From Octopus vulgaris (Eukaryota): a stretch of 64,000 bases of DNA. This document shows, in pieces, positions 38,813 to 52,160 of the stretch; position 1 is the stretch's first letter, and the number at the start of each line of letters is the position of its first letter. Position numbers and translations under genes: made by a program. The stretch spans positions 59,520,001-59,584,000 of the forward strand of contig OX597821.1 in assembly GCA_951406725.2 (NCBI GenBank). The letters run 5' to 3'. The notes beneath the pieces were generated by a model that was given only the letters and a program-made list of their open reading frames with translations, made no database searches and was not told the origin of the DNA.

Positions 38813-40396
38813 GTAATATGTCATATAAGATTTTAGAGATGAAATGCTAAGTAAGTCTAGCTTCTTATATAATATCCAACTGATTCATAAATTTGAATCT
38901 AGAATGAAATACAGTCTTTACCAGTCACCAACCTCATACAGTCATATATATATCAACATACAGAGAGTTACACTGTACATTAATGGATAAAAAATGTGCT
39001 AAATGTACAGTAGAAAGAACACTCATCCTTATAAGATTGAAGAGCTGTACTGTCCTAAACTTGAGTCAGGAGCTTTTACAAGATGTATACATTTTGACAA
39101 GTTTTTGTTATAAAACAGGAAGATGCCCCCTTCCACTCACCAAATCAGACACAGTTTAAAGCACTTTAGTCTTTCCCCTCATTCAACTACATCCCACTAG
39201 GCAATTTCTTTCAGATTTAAACACTCAACATTAAGAGTACTCTTCATTTGATAGGTTAAAGAGATGTAACCTTTATCCCCCCTTTCCCTTTACATTTCCT
39301 CTCATTTCTTTTCTCATTATTTATTCTTGCTTTTTCTCATATTTTCTCATAGAGTAACCATGTCATTTGAGCCTGAACTCTTGCCAAATCATCTACAGTA
39401 TGTTCTGAGAGCTTGTCTGATAACTGCACTAACCAAACATGAAACTCAAAGTGGCTCACATATGACTCCTGTATTAATTAAATGATACTTATCTCTTGCT
39501 AGATAGAGTTCATTTTTACTGATCCTACCGACAAGCAAATAGTACACTCTGTGTGTGTGTGTTCACATGTTCAACTGTTAAAACAATTTGAATGTTAAAT
39601 GTGTATAACAATAATAATGATAAATACCTTTACTGTAGTTATATACAATTACCATTTAGGAATTAATTAAATAACAATAACATTTGAAATAACTTCTTAT
39701 AGAAATAGCTAATAACATTAAAATAGGTCTCCAGTAATTAACGTGCTTAAAGCTAATGAAGAATCAAAATTACAAAGGATCACAGCTGAAAAACATCTTA
39801 GAAATATAAAACTTTAATTAAGCTAAGAAACTATTTTGGGGGTGAGATTTCACTTAAGGAACAATGCTAAGAGATTGTCTTATATTTCACTTATTGGCTT
39901 TGATCCAAAAATAATATAGAATGTAATGCTGCCATAACTCTTCATCAATTAAACCAACTATATCTAACCTAAATATTCAACCTGTTTTATACTAAAACTG
40001 ACCACATTAAACCTCTCATACTTACCCTACAATGTCATTCTAAAAATAAACAATCACATAGCATTAGAGTTATTTCCCTTGTCTTTATTATATATATATT
40101 TTTTTATTTTAGACATTCCATGGCGGTTTTTAACCTATTAATTACAAAGAATAATTTAAAAATTTCAACTCAGTATGTGAGATCCAACCATATAGGTGCA
40201 ATTATATATTATGAAAATTTAACAGCACAGAAATAGTAAGTTTTATACAAATATTTTACATGTTACGAGTGATCCAAAATTAATTTTAAAAAAAAAAGAA
40301 ATGTTTAATCAGCCCTACTCACTCAAGTAGAAGTACTAAAACATTAGTATAAATACAAATGTAAATATATCTGTATAAATCCTATATAAATGGGAT

Positions 40397-40780
40397 AGGC
40401 ATATCTGTGTGGTTAAGAAGCTCACTTTGCAACCACACAGTTTCAGGTTCAGTCCCACTGCATGGCACTTCTGAGTGGATTTGGTAGACAGAAGTTGTGC
40501 GGAAACTTTCTTTCAGACTTATGTTTTTTATAGATGATATATATATACATACACACATACACACACACATGTATGTGTGCGCCTGTGCTTGGCTTGTCTC
40601 CTATCACCATTTAACAACTGGTGTTTGTTTACGGCCCTGACTTAGTGGTTTGGCAAAAGAGGTCAGTAGAATAAGCACCAAATTTCAAGAAATAGGTTCT
40701 GGGGTCGATTTGTTTGATTAAATCTTTGAACACATTGCCATAGCATGGCCACAGTTCAACAATTGAAACAAGTAAAAGAT
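40397..40780 (+). mobile_element. SINE family A copy
   Basis: gtgtggttaagaagc...caggttcagtcccactg...gaaacaagtaaaaga. Confidence 0.78.
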
Positions 40781-42576
40781 TAAAAAACAAAGATAACAGA
40801 AATCTGTATTGAATTTATAGAAAATAACATTACTACAACTGCATGTGTGGGAATGGAGTGCTTGTGTATGTGTGTGTTTTTTTAGACATATTGTAACATA
40901 AATTGATTTATTTGAAGAATAGACTTATAAATGAAATGAAGTATTTCAAAACAACCTCCTATCTTCAATGGAAGGAAAAAAAGAAAAAACCTCTTTGATA
41001 AAGGTCATACATCATCATAAATATAGAGGCTTTTGTGTGATCATTTACAAAAAAGCATGCATTTAGTCGGAATTAATTATTAATTACAAGTATTAAAAGT
41101 CATTAAATGTTCTGTATTTTTAGAAATACTGTCGATGAGTGAAAATAAAATATCATCTGTACTTCAAAGAGGCCAAACTCAAAATAGTTCAAGTTACTAA
41201 CAAATCCAACAGTCCATAAACACAAAATGATAGACAAAAGATGACTGGATCGTGAATGCACATGGCCTAGTGGTTAGGGTTGTACTCGTGGTCATAAGAT
41301 CATGGTTTCAATTCCCTGAAAGTAACTGGCCTTGTTCATAAATTAAGCTTCAGGTCAGCACCGATCAAATACATCTATGGTCCAAGTTATTTCAACAGCT
41401 GTTATCTCTCCCTTTCTTCAGGAATAGAGTATTTAGATGTGACGATGCATGCCCTGGTGATTAGTAGCAACTCATGATTGCAAGATTGTAGCTTTGATTC
41501 CAAGACTAGGCAGGGTGTTGCATTATTACTCTAGTTCACTCAGCTGAAAATAAGTTCCAGCTCTAACCAGGAAGTTAACACCACAACAGACCAGTGTCCT
41601 GTTCAGGAAGAGTAAGTGTTATAATCTTAGTCACTTATATACTATGGAAGCCAGGTTAAGGTTCAGTTTTATGTGTCCTAAGACTTGAGACAGTTTCAAG
41701 ACTAAGTCAAAGATGACTGGACACAGCTGACAAAAACCAACTAAAAGAGCAACAGTTCATAAAGTGCTGTCAGGCCAAGCATTGCATTCTGTCTGTAACA
41801 AGGATTCTGAACACTAAACAGACCCAGTCAACCTAGTTGTAAACAAGAACCACAAGATAGGAACATCTTGTCACTTCAAATAGTTATAACTCTATAAAAC
41901 TGACAAGAACATTCACAAATGGTAAGCCACTCCAATTGATACCACTTATAACTGGGACATCCCTGATTGAGTAGACTTATAATTAAAGACATTCTAGCCA
42001 TGACCACACATTTTCTCAACCAAAGTATTCTTTCTGATTATCTTATCCAATGCATTCCTCTTTTCACAAGTTAAGAGTAATCTGTCTGAGGGAGATTTGG
42101 TTGCTGTTTCTAGCAAATCAAGCAATCGTATAAAGCACTCTTACTGAATGAATACACCAAATGAAGACCAGTTCTTCAGCAGTATCCCAACAACCAATAG
42201 ATTAATGGTTCTCCCTGACGATGGTCTGTAACTAGAGTCTTCAGAGTTGCCAATTTTTTTTTCTATCTCTCTAAAATCAATAAAAACTCAACAAACATTT
42301 ATGAAAATATCTGATGTAGAATTTTTGATGAGAGATAAAGAGATAAAGTAGATAAAGATGAATGCATGTTACTACAGTTATTTCAGCCAGAACTATGAGC
42401 TGTTGGAAATAAATATGTAATTACATCTTATTTCAGTGTAAATAGTTGTTTTGCAATAAAGCCACATTTTAAAAGGACAAAAAAATTGTGTTATGAAGTA
42501 TTTATCTAGTGACCAATGTGAATAAGACCAACAACCAGTTAGCAATAAAAAAACAAAGTCTGCAATTCCCTTAACT

Positions 42577-43556
42577 GAATAATAATAAGGCCTGAAATTT
42601 AGAGGGAGGGGGCTAGTCAATTACATCGACTCCCCCACTATTTTTAACTGGTACTTCTTTTATCAACCATAGAAGAATGAAAGGTAAAGTCAACCTCAGC
42701 AGAATTTGAACTCAGAACGTAAAGACAAATGAAAAGCTACTAAGCATTTATCCCGGTGTGCTAACAATTCTGCCAGCTCCCTGCCTTACAATAATAATAA
42801 TAATCTTTTCTACTATAGGTACAAGGTTATTTCATCAACCCCAAAAGGATGAAAAGGTAAAGTCAACCTCAGTGGAATTTGAACTCAGAACCTAAAGATG
42901 AATGAAATGCTGCTAAGTATTTTCTCCAATGTGTGCTAACACTTCTACCAGTTAGCCATAATAATAATAATTTCTAATTTTAGCACAAGGCCAGCAATTT
43001 TACCCCAAAAGGCTGAAAGACAAACTCAGCCTCAGCAGTATTTGAGCTCAGAACATAAAGAGCTGGAAGAAATACCACAAAACATTTTGTCCGAACTGCT
43101 AATGACTTTGCCATCATAATAATGATAATAATTCTTTCTACTATAGACAGGGGCCCGAAATTTGGCAGGGAGGGGCTAGTTGACTACATTGGCCCCAATG
43201 CTCTGTTGGAACATTTTTTATTGATCCCAAAATGATGAAAGGCAAAGCCAGCCTCGATAGCATTCGAGTCAGAATGTAAAGAGTCGCAAGAAATGCTGTT
43301 TAGCTTTTTGTCCAACGTGCTAATGATTCTGCCAGTGTGATAAACAATAATAAGCCAAATATAAATTTTAAATTTTGGCAGAGGGGCAAGTCGATTACAT
43401 CAACCTCCAGTCTCCAACTGGTACTTATTTATCAATCTCTAAAGGATGAAAAGCAAAGTCAACTGCAATGGAATTTGCACTCAGAATGTATAAATGGACA
43501 AAATACCGCCAAGCATTTTGTCCAGCATGCTAAAGATTATGTCAGCTCACCGCCTT
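42577..43556 (-). repeat. Head-to-tail array of about five SINE family B copies separated by (TAA)n
   Basis: The unit gaaagg(c/t)aaagtcaacctc...gaatttgaactcagaa...ctgccagct recurs at about 42680, 42850, 43015, 43238 and 43447. Confidence 0.8.
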
Positions 43557-43559
43557 AAT

Positions 43560-43975
43560 AATAAGTCAGATATTATTATCAAAAATCACTTAGGAAAAAC
43601 ATGCCCCCTAACCACAGTAGATGATGATTATCTCTCAAAGAAATGGAGAAATTATTTAAATACAAAGATCTAAACAGAATTAACCAGAAAAAAAGAGTAT
43701 GGAGACATAGTCCTTATAATGAAATGTACCTTAGGAATTATTTAAAAAAGAGATGCAGACAAATATATAATCAAAACCTCAGCACTTACAAATAAGCACA
43801 ATATACAAAACATAGCATCGTTTGACACTGCACACATTATGCGGAGTGCCATCAATGCAACAGAAAACACAAAAACCAAAACAAAACACTGCACACACCA
43901 AAAGTGCAGAGCTGCATTCAATAGTGCAGTGAAAGCACACAATAAAAATAAGACTACTGAAAAATAATAATAGCA
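43560..43975 (+). mobile_element. Degraded R4/Dong-like LINE 3' end (REL domain remnants) with (TAA)n tail
   Basis: Residual peptides SDIIIKNH...KEMEKLFKYKDL...LGII...DKYI...NIQNIA...TAHIMR, then aagactactgaaaataataa. Confidence 0.6.
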
Positions 43976-46487
43976 TTAGAAACAATAATAGTAATAATAA
44001 TTTGAATATATTCTTTTCAATAGAAACTAAACCTTTATTCTAAAAACAAGGATTTTTTTTGTTTGTTTTTTCCCCAGAATTTTAGTGGTACTTATCGCCA
44101 CCTACAAATGGATAGCAAACAAAATCGACTTTTAGCATGAATTGAACCTGCATCAGAGAGACCTTGTACTAATCATCATAGAGTATCTGTCTAGTCCAAA
44201 ATGGGGTAAAGCAAATTGCTTTGTAATCCTGAATGTCACCTCTTGTGAAGGTGGAAGATCATAAACAGACTGCCTCAGTAGCCTTATTGCCTTATTATTA
44301 GATATATCAGCAGATCCATCCCAAGGAACTGTCAAAGGTTGAGAATGATTTCAAAATAAATTTTCAAAGACAACAAATGTATCTTTATTTTTCATACAAA
44401 TTACAGAGTTTTTTTTAAAAATAGAAATGCTGAAGTTCTACTTCTACTAAATATAATAGTGATCTTCAAATAAAGCAATCTACCAATCAGTATAATATTT
44501 TGATAATTACAAAAGGGAAGAAATTTTGCAAAAAAAAAATTTTTTTTAAATGTAAAGGCAGCAGGTAAAAAATTTATTTTGTGCAATTATGGAAAATTAT
44601 TTGAACTAAAATATTCTAGTTTAAAGAAAAATAAGTAAATAGTTAGGTAAATGCAGTTTATCTTTAAATGTCTCAATGAAAAAAATAAACAAAGCATTCT
44701 TTTACTCAAAGTGTAGGTATCAGGAAGAAGTATTTTCTTAATCAAAAACATTTAACACAGCAACAGTGTCCCACATGCATGACTGACATTGAAGAAAGTT
44801 ATATAACCCCCATGATAAAAATAAATATAATAAACAGCCTCACTACAAAACTACAGTAGCACACCACTCTCCAAAGGGCAGTGGTTGCAGTGATGTAGGC
44901 GGTGAGTAATACTATGCCAATGTACACAACGAGCACAAGCTAAGAGAAAGAAGCAGAGCTGCACATATTTAAATATATGTCTGCTTGTTACAAAGGTCAC
45001 TGGTGAAACAAAAAGAACCTGTTGTTCTCCTTGGATGCCCTTTCAGGTTATATAAAACGTGGATAGCTGCTTGCTTACTCATTAAAGCATAAATGAATCA
45101 GTTTGGTAGACTGACTGATAGTTTTGTTAGTACAGAAGAGGATGCAATTATTTGTTTTCTAGTGTTTTCTTTACCTAAATGTCAAACTCTAATAATCTAC
45201 ACAGACAGCATCAACTAAAGAAGGCTTTGCAAAGATGCATTTTTTTTTTAATAAATATCAAAATAGATGAGAAAAAAAAAACTCGATTACCTGATCCAGA
45301 AACAACATCACATATAGATAGATAGTCCACTAATAATAAATAGTAGCAGCACTAGTAGTCCTCACAATGTAGCAGCAAGTGGAAGCTTGCTTCTGCAGTG
45401 CACTCACTCCCTCACTCATTCTCTATCAATAAAACAGAGGCTGACATATCAATATGTTGCCACAACATACAACAGCTGACTTGAAATTCTGCTGCTGCAT
45501 GTACAATCTTCATCTGAGAGAAACAACATTCTTAAATAATTATAATTCAAAGAGAATCTTTCAACAAATATAAGAAAAAAAGGGAGACAAATACAAGGCT
45601 ACAAAATCAAATGTCAATATTATTGATTTTGATTCTTTGACAAAGCATTTAGATTCCAGTCCAAAACAATATCAACAGCCCCATCAATGGGACAGTATTA
45701 TTAATAAAAATAGAGCATTTATTCATTTCTCTTGATAGATGTCATACAAAGAAAACCATTTCACTTAAAAAAATATCTCAAGAGAATTGCCAAAGGGATC
45801 TGAAGGAAATATTATCTTCTTTAAAATTGCAAAGAAGGGAAGGAAAATTAATTGGTATAATAATAATAATAATGATTTCTTTATCTTTATTATTTAATAA
45901 CAACAACAACAAGATCAATGATTCAATGAAGTTTTTCAAAATTGGGGTAATTTCCCAAAAAATTAGGAAAACAGAACTAATGAGGGTAGCTTCTATAAAG
46001 TTGGTCATTCAACCTGCTAGAAATAGTAGCCAAAAATCTCCAACAAATTATGTTACTATCTTAAAAATAAGGATTTATAAGATAATAATATAAATGGTCA
46101 GAATACATCATCTTTATTTATCCCTGGGCATTAGTGTCTTGAGTTCTAAGACTCATAGGGGCCAGTTACGTAGTCTCCATGGTGCATAAGGGACCAAGAT
46201 CGCAATATTCCAGAATGCATTAACCAGTATGGGAATTGAAACCACAATCTTGCAATCGTGAGTGCAACATCCTAATCACTAGGATATGTATCTTTACATC
46301 TAAATACTCAATTACTAGGGGAAAAGGAGGAGGGGGGAGCCATAAGAATACTTCCAATCATAGGTAGGTTTGATCGGCACTGATCTGAAGCTTAATTTAT
46401 GAACAAGACCAACTATTTTGAGGGGAGGGATTAATTGATACCATTATTTGACTGGTACTTTATTTCATCAACGATGGAGGGATGAAA

Positions 46488-46718
46488 GTGGCGAACTGGC
46501 AGAAACATTAATGCGATGAGCGAAATGCTTAGCAGTATTTCGTCTGCCATTACGTTCTGGTTTCAAATTCCGCCGAGGTCAACTTTGCCTTTCATCCTTT
46601 CGGGGTTGATAAATTAAGTACCAGTTATGCACTGGGGTCGATGTAATCAACTTAATCCCTTTGTCTGTCCTTGTTTGTCCCCTTTATGTTTAGCCCTTTG
46701 TGGGCAGTAAAGAAATAA
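46488..46718 (+). mobile_element. SINE family B copy (young, variant tail)
   Basis: ggcgaactggcagaaac...gtttcaaattccgccgaggtcaactttgcctttcatcctttcgggg...gtaaagaaataag. An inverted family B copy follows at about 46850-47058. Confidence 0.85.
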
Positions 46719-47074
46719 GAAACAATGGAGATATGAAAATTAAAGTTGATTCCATCAAGAATTGGATCCAGAACATAAACGAGCTGGAAGAAATACAAGA
46801 CACACCAACAATCCTACCAGCTTGCTGCCACATTATGGAACTTAAAATAATGATTTTGACCTTTGGTAAAGGGCCAGCAGTTTTTGAGAGAAGGGAGCTA
46901 GTCAATTACACTAACCCCCAGCACTTGACTGGTACTTATTTCATTGACCCTGAAAGGGTGAAAAGTTGGCTTTGGTAGAATTTGAACTTAGAATGCAAAG
47001 ACAGATGAAATGCTGCTAAGCATTTTGTCTAGCATGCTAATGATTCTGCCAGCTCACCATATAATAGCTACACA

Positions 47075-47498
47075 GAGGAGGAGTGGCTGTGTGGGAAGTA
47101 GCTTGCTTACCAATCACATGGTACCAGGTTCAGTCCCACTGTGTGGCACCTTTGGCGAGTGTCTTCTACTATAGCCTTGGGCCAACCAAAGCTTTGTGAG
47201 TGGATTTGATAGACGGAAACTGAAAGAAGCTCGTTGTTTGTGCATGTGTGTGTATATATATATGTATATATATGTATATATATATATATATGTGTTTGTG
47301 TTTGTCCCTCCACCATCACTTGAGAACCGATGGTGTGTTTATGTCCCTGTAACTTAGCGGATCGGCAAAAAAGACCGATAGAATAAGTGCTAGGCTAACA
47401 AAGAATAAGTCCTGGGGTCATTTTGTTCAACTAAAGGTGGTGCTCCAGCATGGCCGCAGTCAAATGACTGAAACAAGTGAAAGAACAAAAGAAAAGAA
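47075..47498 (+). mobile_element. SINE family A copy (young)
   Basis: Full head, microsatellite spacer and tail. Confidence 0.88.
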
Positions 47499-48465
47499 TA
47501 CCAAACAATGTTTACACAACATATGACAAATTCATAATATAAGAAATGCTTTTGTATGTTTGAATTAATTTAAAGAATAGATGTTTTTGGTCCTTCACCC
47601 AATCTCCTCCTCAAATCACCCCCTTTCCCATCCATGCATCATCTCTCTCACTGCAACTCTTCTTCGATACCACTTTTCTTGCTAACGGAAATCATTTCAC
47701 TTATTCTTTCTTCATCTATTATTAAAAACCGTTCCCTCTACGGACGTTTTACATAGATCACCCACTACCACCACTGAACCAACAAATTAACCACCCCCTC
47801 CACATGTCTTTCCCTTTCCTCCTGCAAAATGCCTGCCACCCTCTCCCCTGTCTCCGGCAACCTACCCAACCACATGTCATTTCCCCTCTCGTCCTCTTGT
47901 CTATTATGTCATTATTACCATCTAGTCTCTCCTTCCTCTTCTCTTCTGTATCCCACAACCTCCCCCTATACCAGCCCGTGCATCATTGGTGATTCCCCCC
48001 TTCCTTTATCTATTAATACCTACATCCGCCCTTCAACATTATCCAATCTTTAGATGCTACTTACCTCTCCTTTCCTTACCCATTCTCCCATCTCTCACTA
48101 CCCCATATACTCTCGAAAACCTCACTGATCAACACTCATAATTCACCTATCCCCATTCACTTCTACTCACCTCATACCTTGAGGCAGTACCTGGACACTG
48201 GATCACTACTGTTTATCTCTTTGCAGCTCCAACTGATCTCTCTCTCTCTCTCCTAAATGAGAGTAGTTGTGTAACTCTTCTACACCAAAAACCTGCTGTC
48301 CCTTTCCTTCATCTCCCAACACAAAGTTGCCCCCACTTCTCAAGGTCCATAGCCTTGCAGCAACATGGCCACCTCACTAGTTCTGGTGGCATAGAAAAGT
48401 ACCTGGTGGTACCCTAAGGGTATCCAGTAGTACCCTTAGGAAGGGTATCTAACTGCAGAAACCCA

Positions 48466-48648
48466 TATCAGGACAATTACCCCACATCCATAGGACAATT
48501 CCCTCCGCCAACAATTACCTGCCTTGGTTAATTACTCCCTCTCCAATATATTAAGAAGTTTTAAATCATCTGTTGTCCTCAGGGCTAATTTCCTTGGGGG
48601 GGGGGGGCAATTTTCCATGGGAGAGTGGAGGGTAAATGTCCTAGACTC
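48466..48648. mobile_element. Foldback/Mutator-like MITE nested in a family C copy
   Basis: TIRs aggacaattaccc and gggtaaatgtcct, with internal acaatt(a/c)cc repeats. The host sequence agaaaccat is duplicated on both sides. Confidence 0.6.
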
Positions 48649-49002
48649 GTAGAAACCATGCCAAATCAGACACCGAAGCACAATACAGTCCTTGGACTTA
48701 TCAGAACCTGTTAGATTGTCCAACCCATGCCAGAATGGAATGTAGATGTTAAATGAAGGGATTTGAACCACTAATCAGTCAACACACACAGTCATTAGAC
48801 TGCGGACATGCTGAGGCATTACCATGAAGAGTTAGTTGAAAAAAATTGACCCCAGTACGTTTTTTTTTATTTTTTATAAGCCTGGCATTTATTCTATTGT
48901 TCCTTCTTGTTGAATTGCTAAGTTATGGAGATGTAAACAAACCAACACCAGTTGTCAAGTGATGATAAAGACAAGCACAATGGTACACACACACACACAC
49001 AG

Positions 49003-49278
49003 ATCATCATCATTTAACGTCCGTTTTCCGTGCTAGCATAGGTTGGACGGTTCGACCGGGGTCCACCATCCGAACGTGGCCGATGCCAGCGCCGCCTTGA
49101 CTGGCTTCTGTGCCGGTGGCACGTAAAAAGCACCAACTGATCGTGACCGCTGCCAGACTCCCCTGGCACCTGTACCGGTGGCACGTAAAAAGCACCCACT
49201 ACACTCACAGAGTGGTTGGCATTAGGAAGGGCATCCAGCTGTAGAAACATTGCCAGATCAGACTGGAGCCTGGTTCAG
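49003..49278 (-). mobile_element. Rearranged family C copy nested in a minus-strand SINE A (48785-49380)
   Basis: catcatcatttaacgtccgttttcc...ggttggacgg is followed by the family body in the opposite orientation (ccggtggcacgtaaaaagcacc twice, then aggaagggcatccagctg). Confidence 0.7.
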
Positions 49279-50092
49279 TTTCCATGTACCAAATCCACTC
49301 AGAAGGCTTTGGCCAGCTCAAGACTGAAGCTGGAATCATGTGGTTGGGAAGCAAACTTCTTACCATGCAGCCACGCCTACACATGACTGTTTTTTTATTT
49401 TTTTTATTTACATTGTTTAATGTGGTACTGAAAACTATAGGGCTTCTCCAATCAGATCTTTTATAAAATCTAATTACTTGTGAGAATCAGTTGTGTAAAT
49501 CATACAAGCAGTCTTCAGAATTTAATGTTGATTTTACAAAGCTACCACAGATTAGGCAGATGTATTTCTGCTATCAAGAAAATGATAGATGAGAATAATT
49601 TTATACTTGTAATTCAGATTTACTCGTTTTTTCTTCTGTCTACCACTTTATAGTGACATATATCACTTATAATTACAAACATTTAGGATTTTACTACAAA
49701 ATTGCAATAATGTGGATTTTAAGAATGATCATTTATCATCGCCGTCATCATAACATCCACTTTTGTATGTTTGTATAGGTTGGACAAAATTTTGTTAGGC
49801 GAATTCTTTTTCAGAAGGATACTCTTCCTGTCACTGACCCTCAGTTGTTTCCAAGCAAGATAATATTTATCCATAACCAGACAGGCTTTCACAGAAGAAT
49901 GGAAATGAAAGAGACATGACAGTAACACACATGCATAAATATATACATTACAGGATCTGTGGACTTCTTTACAAATCATTGGCAGGACTTAAAATGACAC
50001 ATTTGATATAGGCATTATGACTGACAAAGAAAGAGTAGGTTGTTGGATCCTCATACATCAAAACTGATGGGAGAGTCCATCATTATATATAC

Positions 50093-50157
<65 letters not shown>

Positions 50158-50640
50158 GGACTTTATGTGAATAAATTATGAGTTTGAAGAAATTGATTAT
50201 TAAATATGGAAGCGGGCTTGAGAAAACAATTTCACTTTAACATCTATTTTTTTTTAAAATTTCTACACTGCATCCGACAAGTTAAATGTAATTATATAAA
50301 AAACATATTAATCACTAAATATTTTATACTGCGTGCCATCATTGGTTTAACATTCATTTGTATTAGGTTGAAAAAGTTACATGTTGTATTTATTTATGTA
50401 TATGTGGTACTTCATTTGTAGTATTTGATTTTTTAAGATCTAGTCCAGTGCTTCAGGATTGTAATGATGTGATTATTCATTTTTAGAATGACATTGTACG
50501 GAAGGTGTGAGAGACTGGATCTAGTCAGTTTGAGCATAAAACAAGTAGAATTTTGACTGTATTCTTTATTTTTTCCACTTGTGCCAGAGGCACTGAAAAA
50601 TGTCATGATTGATGCCCTTCCTCCACAGACTAAAAGATAT

Positions 50641-50841
50641 ACTCTTTACTCTTTTATTTGTTTCAGTCATTTGACTGTGGCCATGCTGGAGCACTGCCTT
50701 TAGTCGAGCAAATCGACCCCAGCACTTATTCTTTGTAAGCCTAGTATTTATTCTATCAGTCACTTTTGCCAAACCACTAGGTTACGGTGATGTAAACACA
50801 CCAGCATCGGTTGTCAAACGATGTTGGGGGGACAAACACAG

Positions 50842-50898
<57 letters not shown>

Positions 50899-51068
50899 TA
50901 TATATGACGGGCTTCTTTCAGTTTCCATCTACCAAATCCATTCACAAGGCTTTGGTTGGCCTAAGGCTATAGTAGAAGGCACTTGCCCAAGGTGCCACAC
51001 AGTGGGACTGAACCCGGAACCATGTGGTTGGTAAGCAAGCTACTTACCACACAGCCACTTCTGCACCT
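50641..51068 (-). mobile_element. SINE family A copy (young, full length)
   Basis: Near-identical to 54620-55093 and to the reverse complement of 56559-56960. Confidence 0.9.
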
Positions 51069-51624
51069 ATATATTAAAAAATACCATCACAATGACTGAT
51101 GCCTCTAATGACCAGCCCTTGTTTTATATCAGTTGCAGTCTAACTATTTCATCTAGCAAATACATACAATAAAACAATGAAAAGGCATGACTGTGGTCAA
51201 TCAACCTGCCAGAAATAGCAGCCAAATTCCTCAAACCATATTGCTGTCGTCAAAACATTGGATAATGTAGTCTGAGAAACTATATCTAAAATGAAAATGG
51301 TGCTTCGATTATAAAGTTTGCTTGGCTCAGCTGACCTAGAGTTAAACAACATGATCAGATCAAACTCAGATCCAATATTCCATTAGCATAAAATGTAATA
51401 CTGTATCCAACTTATATCAATTTATTTTTCTTCATTATCATTTACTATCATTTTCCTATATTGACAGCTCTACAGTATAACATATTACCACTCCTCTCAA
51501 TAATGAGTCATCTTGTCTATGATGACCAACATTCTTAATTCACCACTCCTTTACATATCTTCTAAGCTAAAAATTCTTTTAGACACTTTTTCCATTCAGC
51601 CAACAGGCTGTGAATTTGTATCAC

Positions 51625-51684
51625 ATGTCTCTACTGATATAGATATCTCTCACAATGTCTCTACTGATATAGTTATCTCTCGCA
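51625..51684. repeat. 30-bp tandem duplication
   Basis: atgtctctactgatatag(a/t)tatctctc(a/g)ca occurs twice. Confidence 0.9.
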
Positions 51685-51855
51685 AGACCTTTATTTACCA
51701 ACTACTTTTTAAGCTCCTTTCTTCCTTGCAACACCTCCATTGGTACATCCAGAATATTACAATGAAAAGATAGGGTATAGTTGTTTGAATATTGGTAATT
51801 TGGCATAGCTGACTGGACACTGAACCCGTTTTGGTAACAGTATTTCTTGGCATTG

Positions 51856-52090
51856 TGGAGGCGCGTGGCTTAGTGGTTAGGGTGTTGAACACATGATTAT
51901 AAGGTTGTGGTTTTGACTCCTGGACCGGGCGATGTGTTGTGTTCTTGAGCAAAACACTTCATTTCACATTGCTCCAGTCCACTCAGCTGGCAAAAATGAA
52001 TAATCCTGTGACAGACCAGTGTCCAGTCCAGGTGGGGAATTTCTACGCCACTGAAACCAGCCCTTATGAGCCTGGCATGGCTTGAGAAGG
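51856..52090 (+). mobile_element. SINE with family D-like tRNA head
   Basis: tggaggcgcgtggcttagtggttagggtg...ggttttgactcctggaccgggc. Confidence 0.7.
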
Positions 52091-52160
52091 AACATTTATT
52101 TATTTTTTTTATTTCTTGGCATTGAAGGCCAGCATGCACAAATGTAAGCATGCAGAAATA

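Noticed and set aside
42577-43556. Regularly recurring motif resembling a CRISPR array
   Set aside because: Units are about 150-210 bp diverged SINE copies with homologous interiors, in a eukaryotic context with no cas genes.
44153-44335. ORF beginning LTVPWD, reminiscent of the REL endonuclease motif
   Set aside because: No downstream K..KY or EVG motifs; probably chance.
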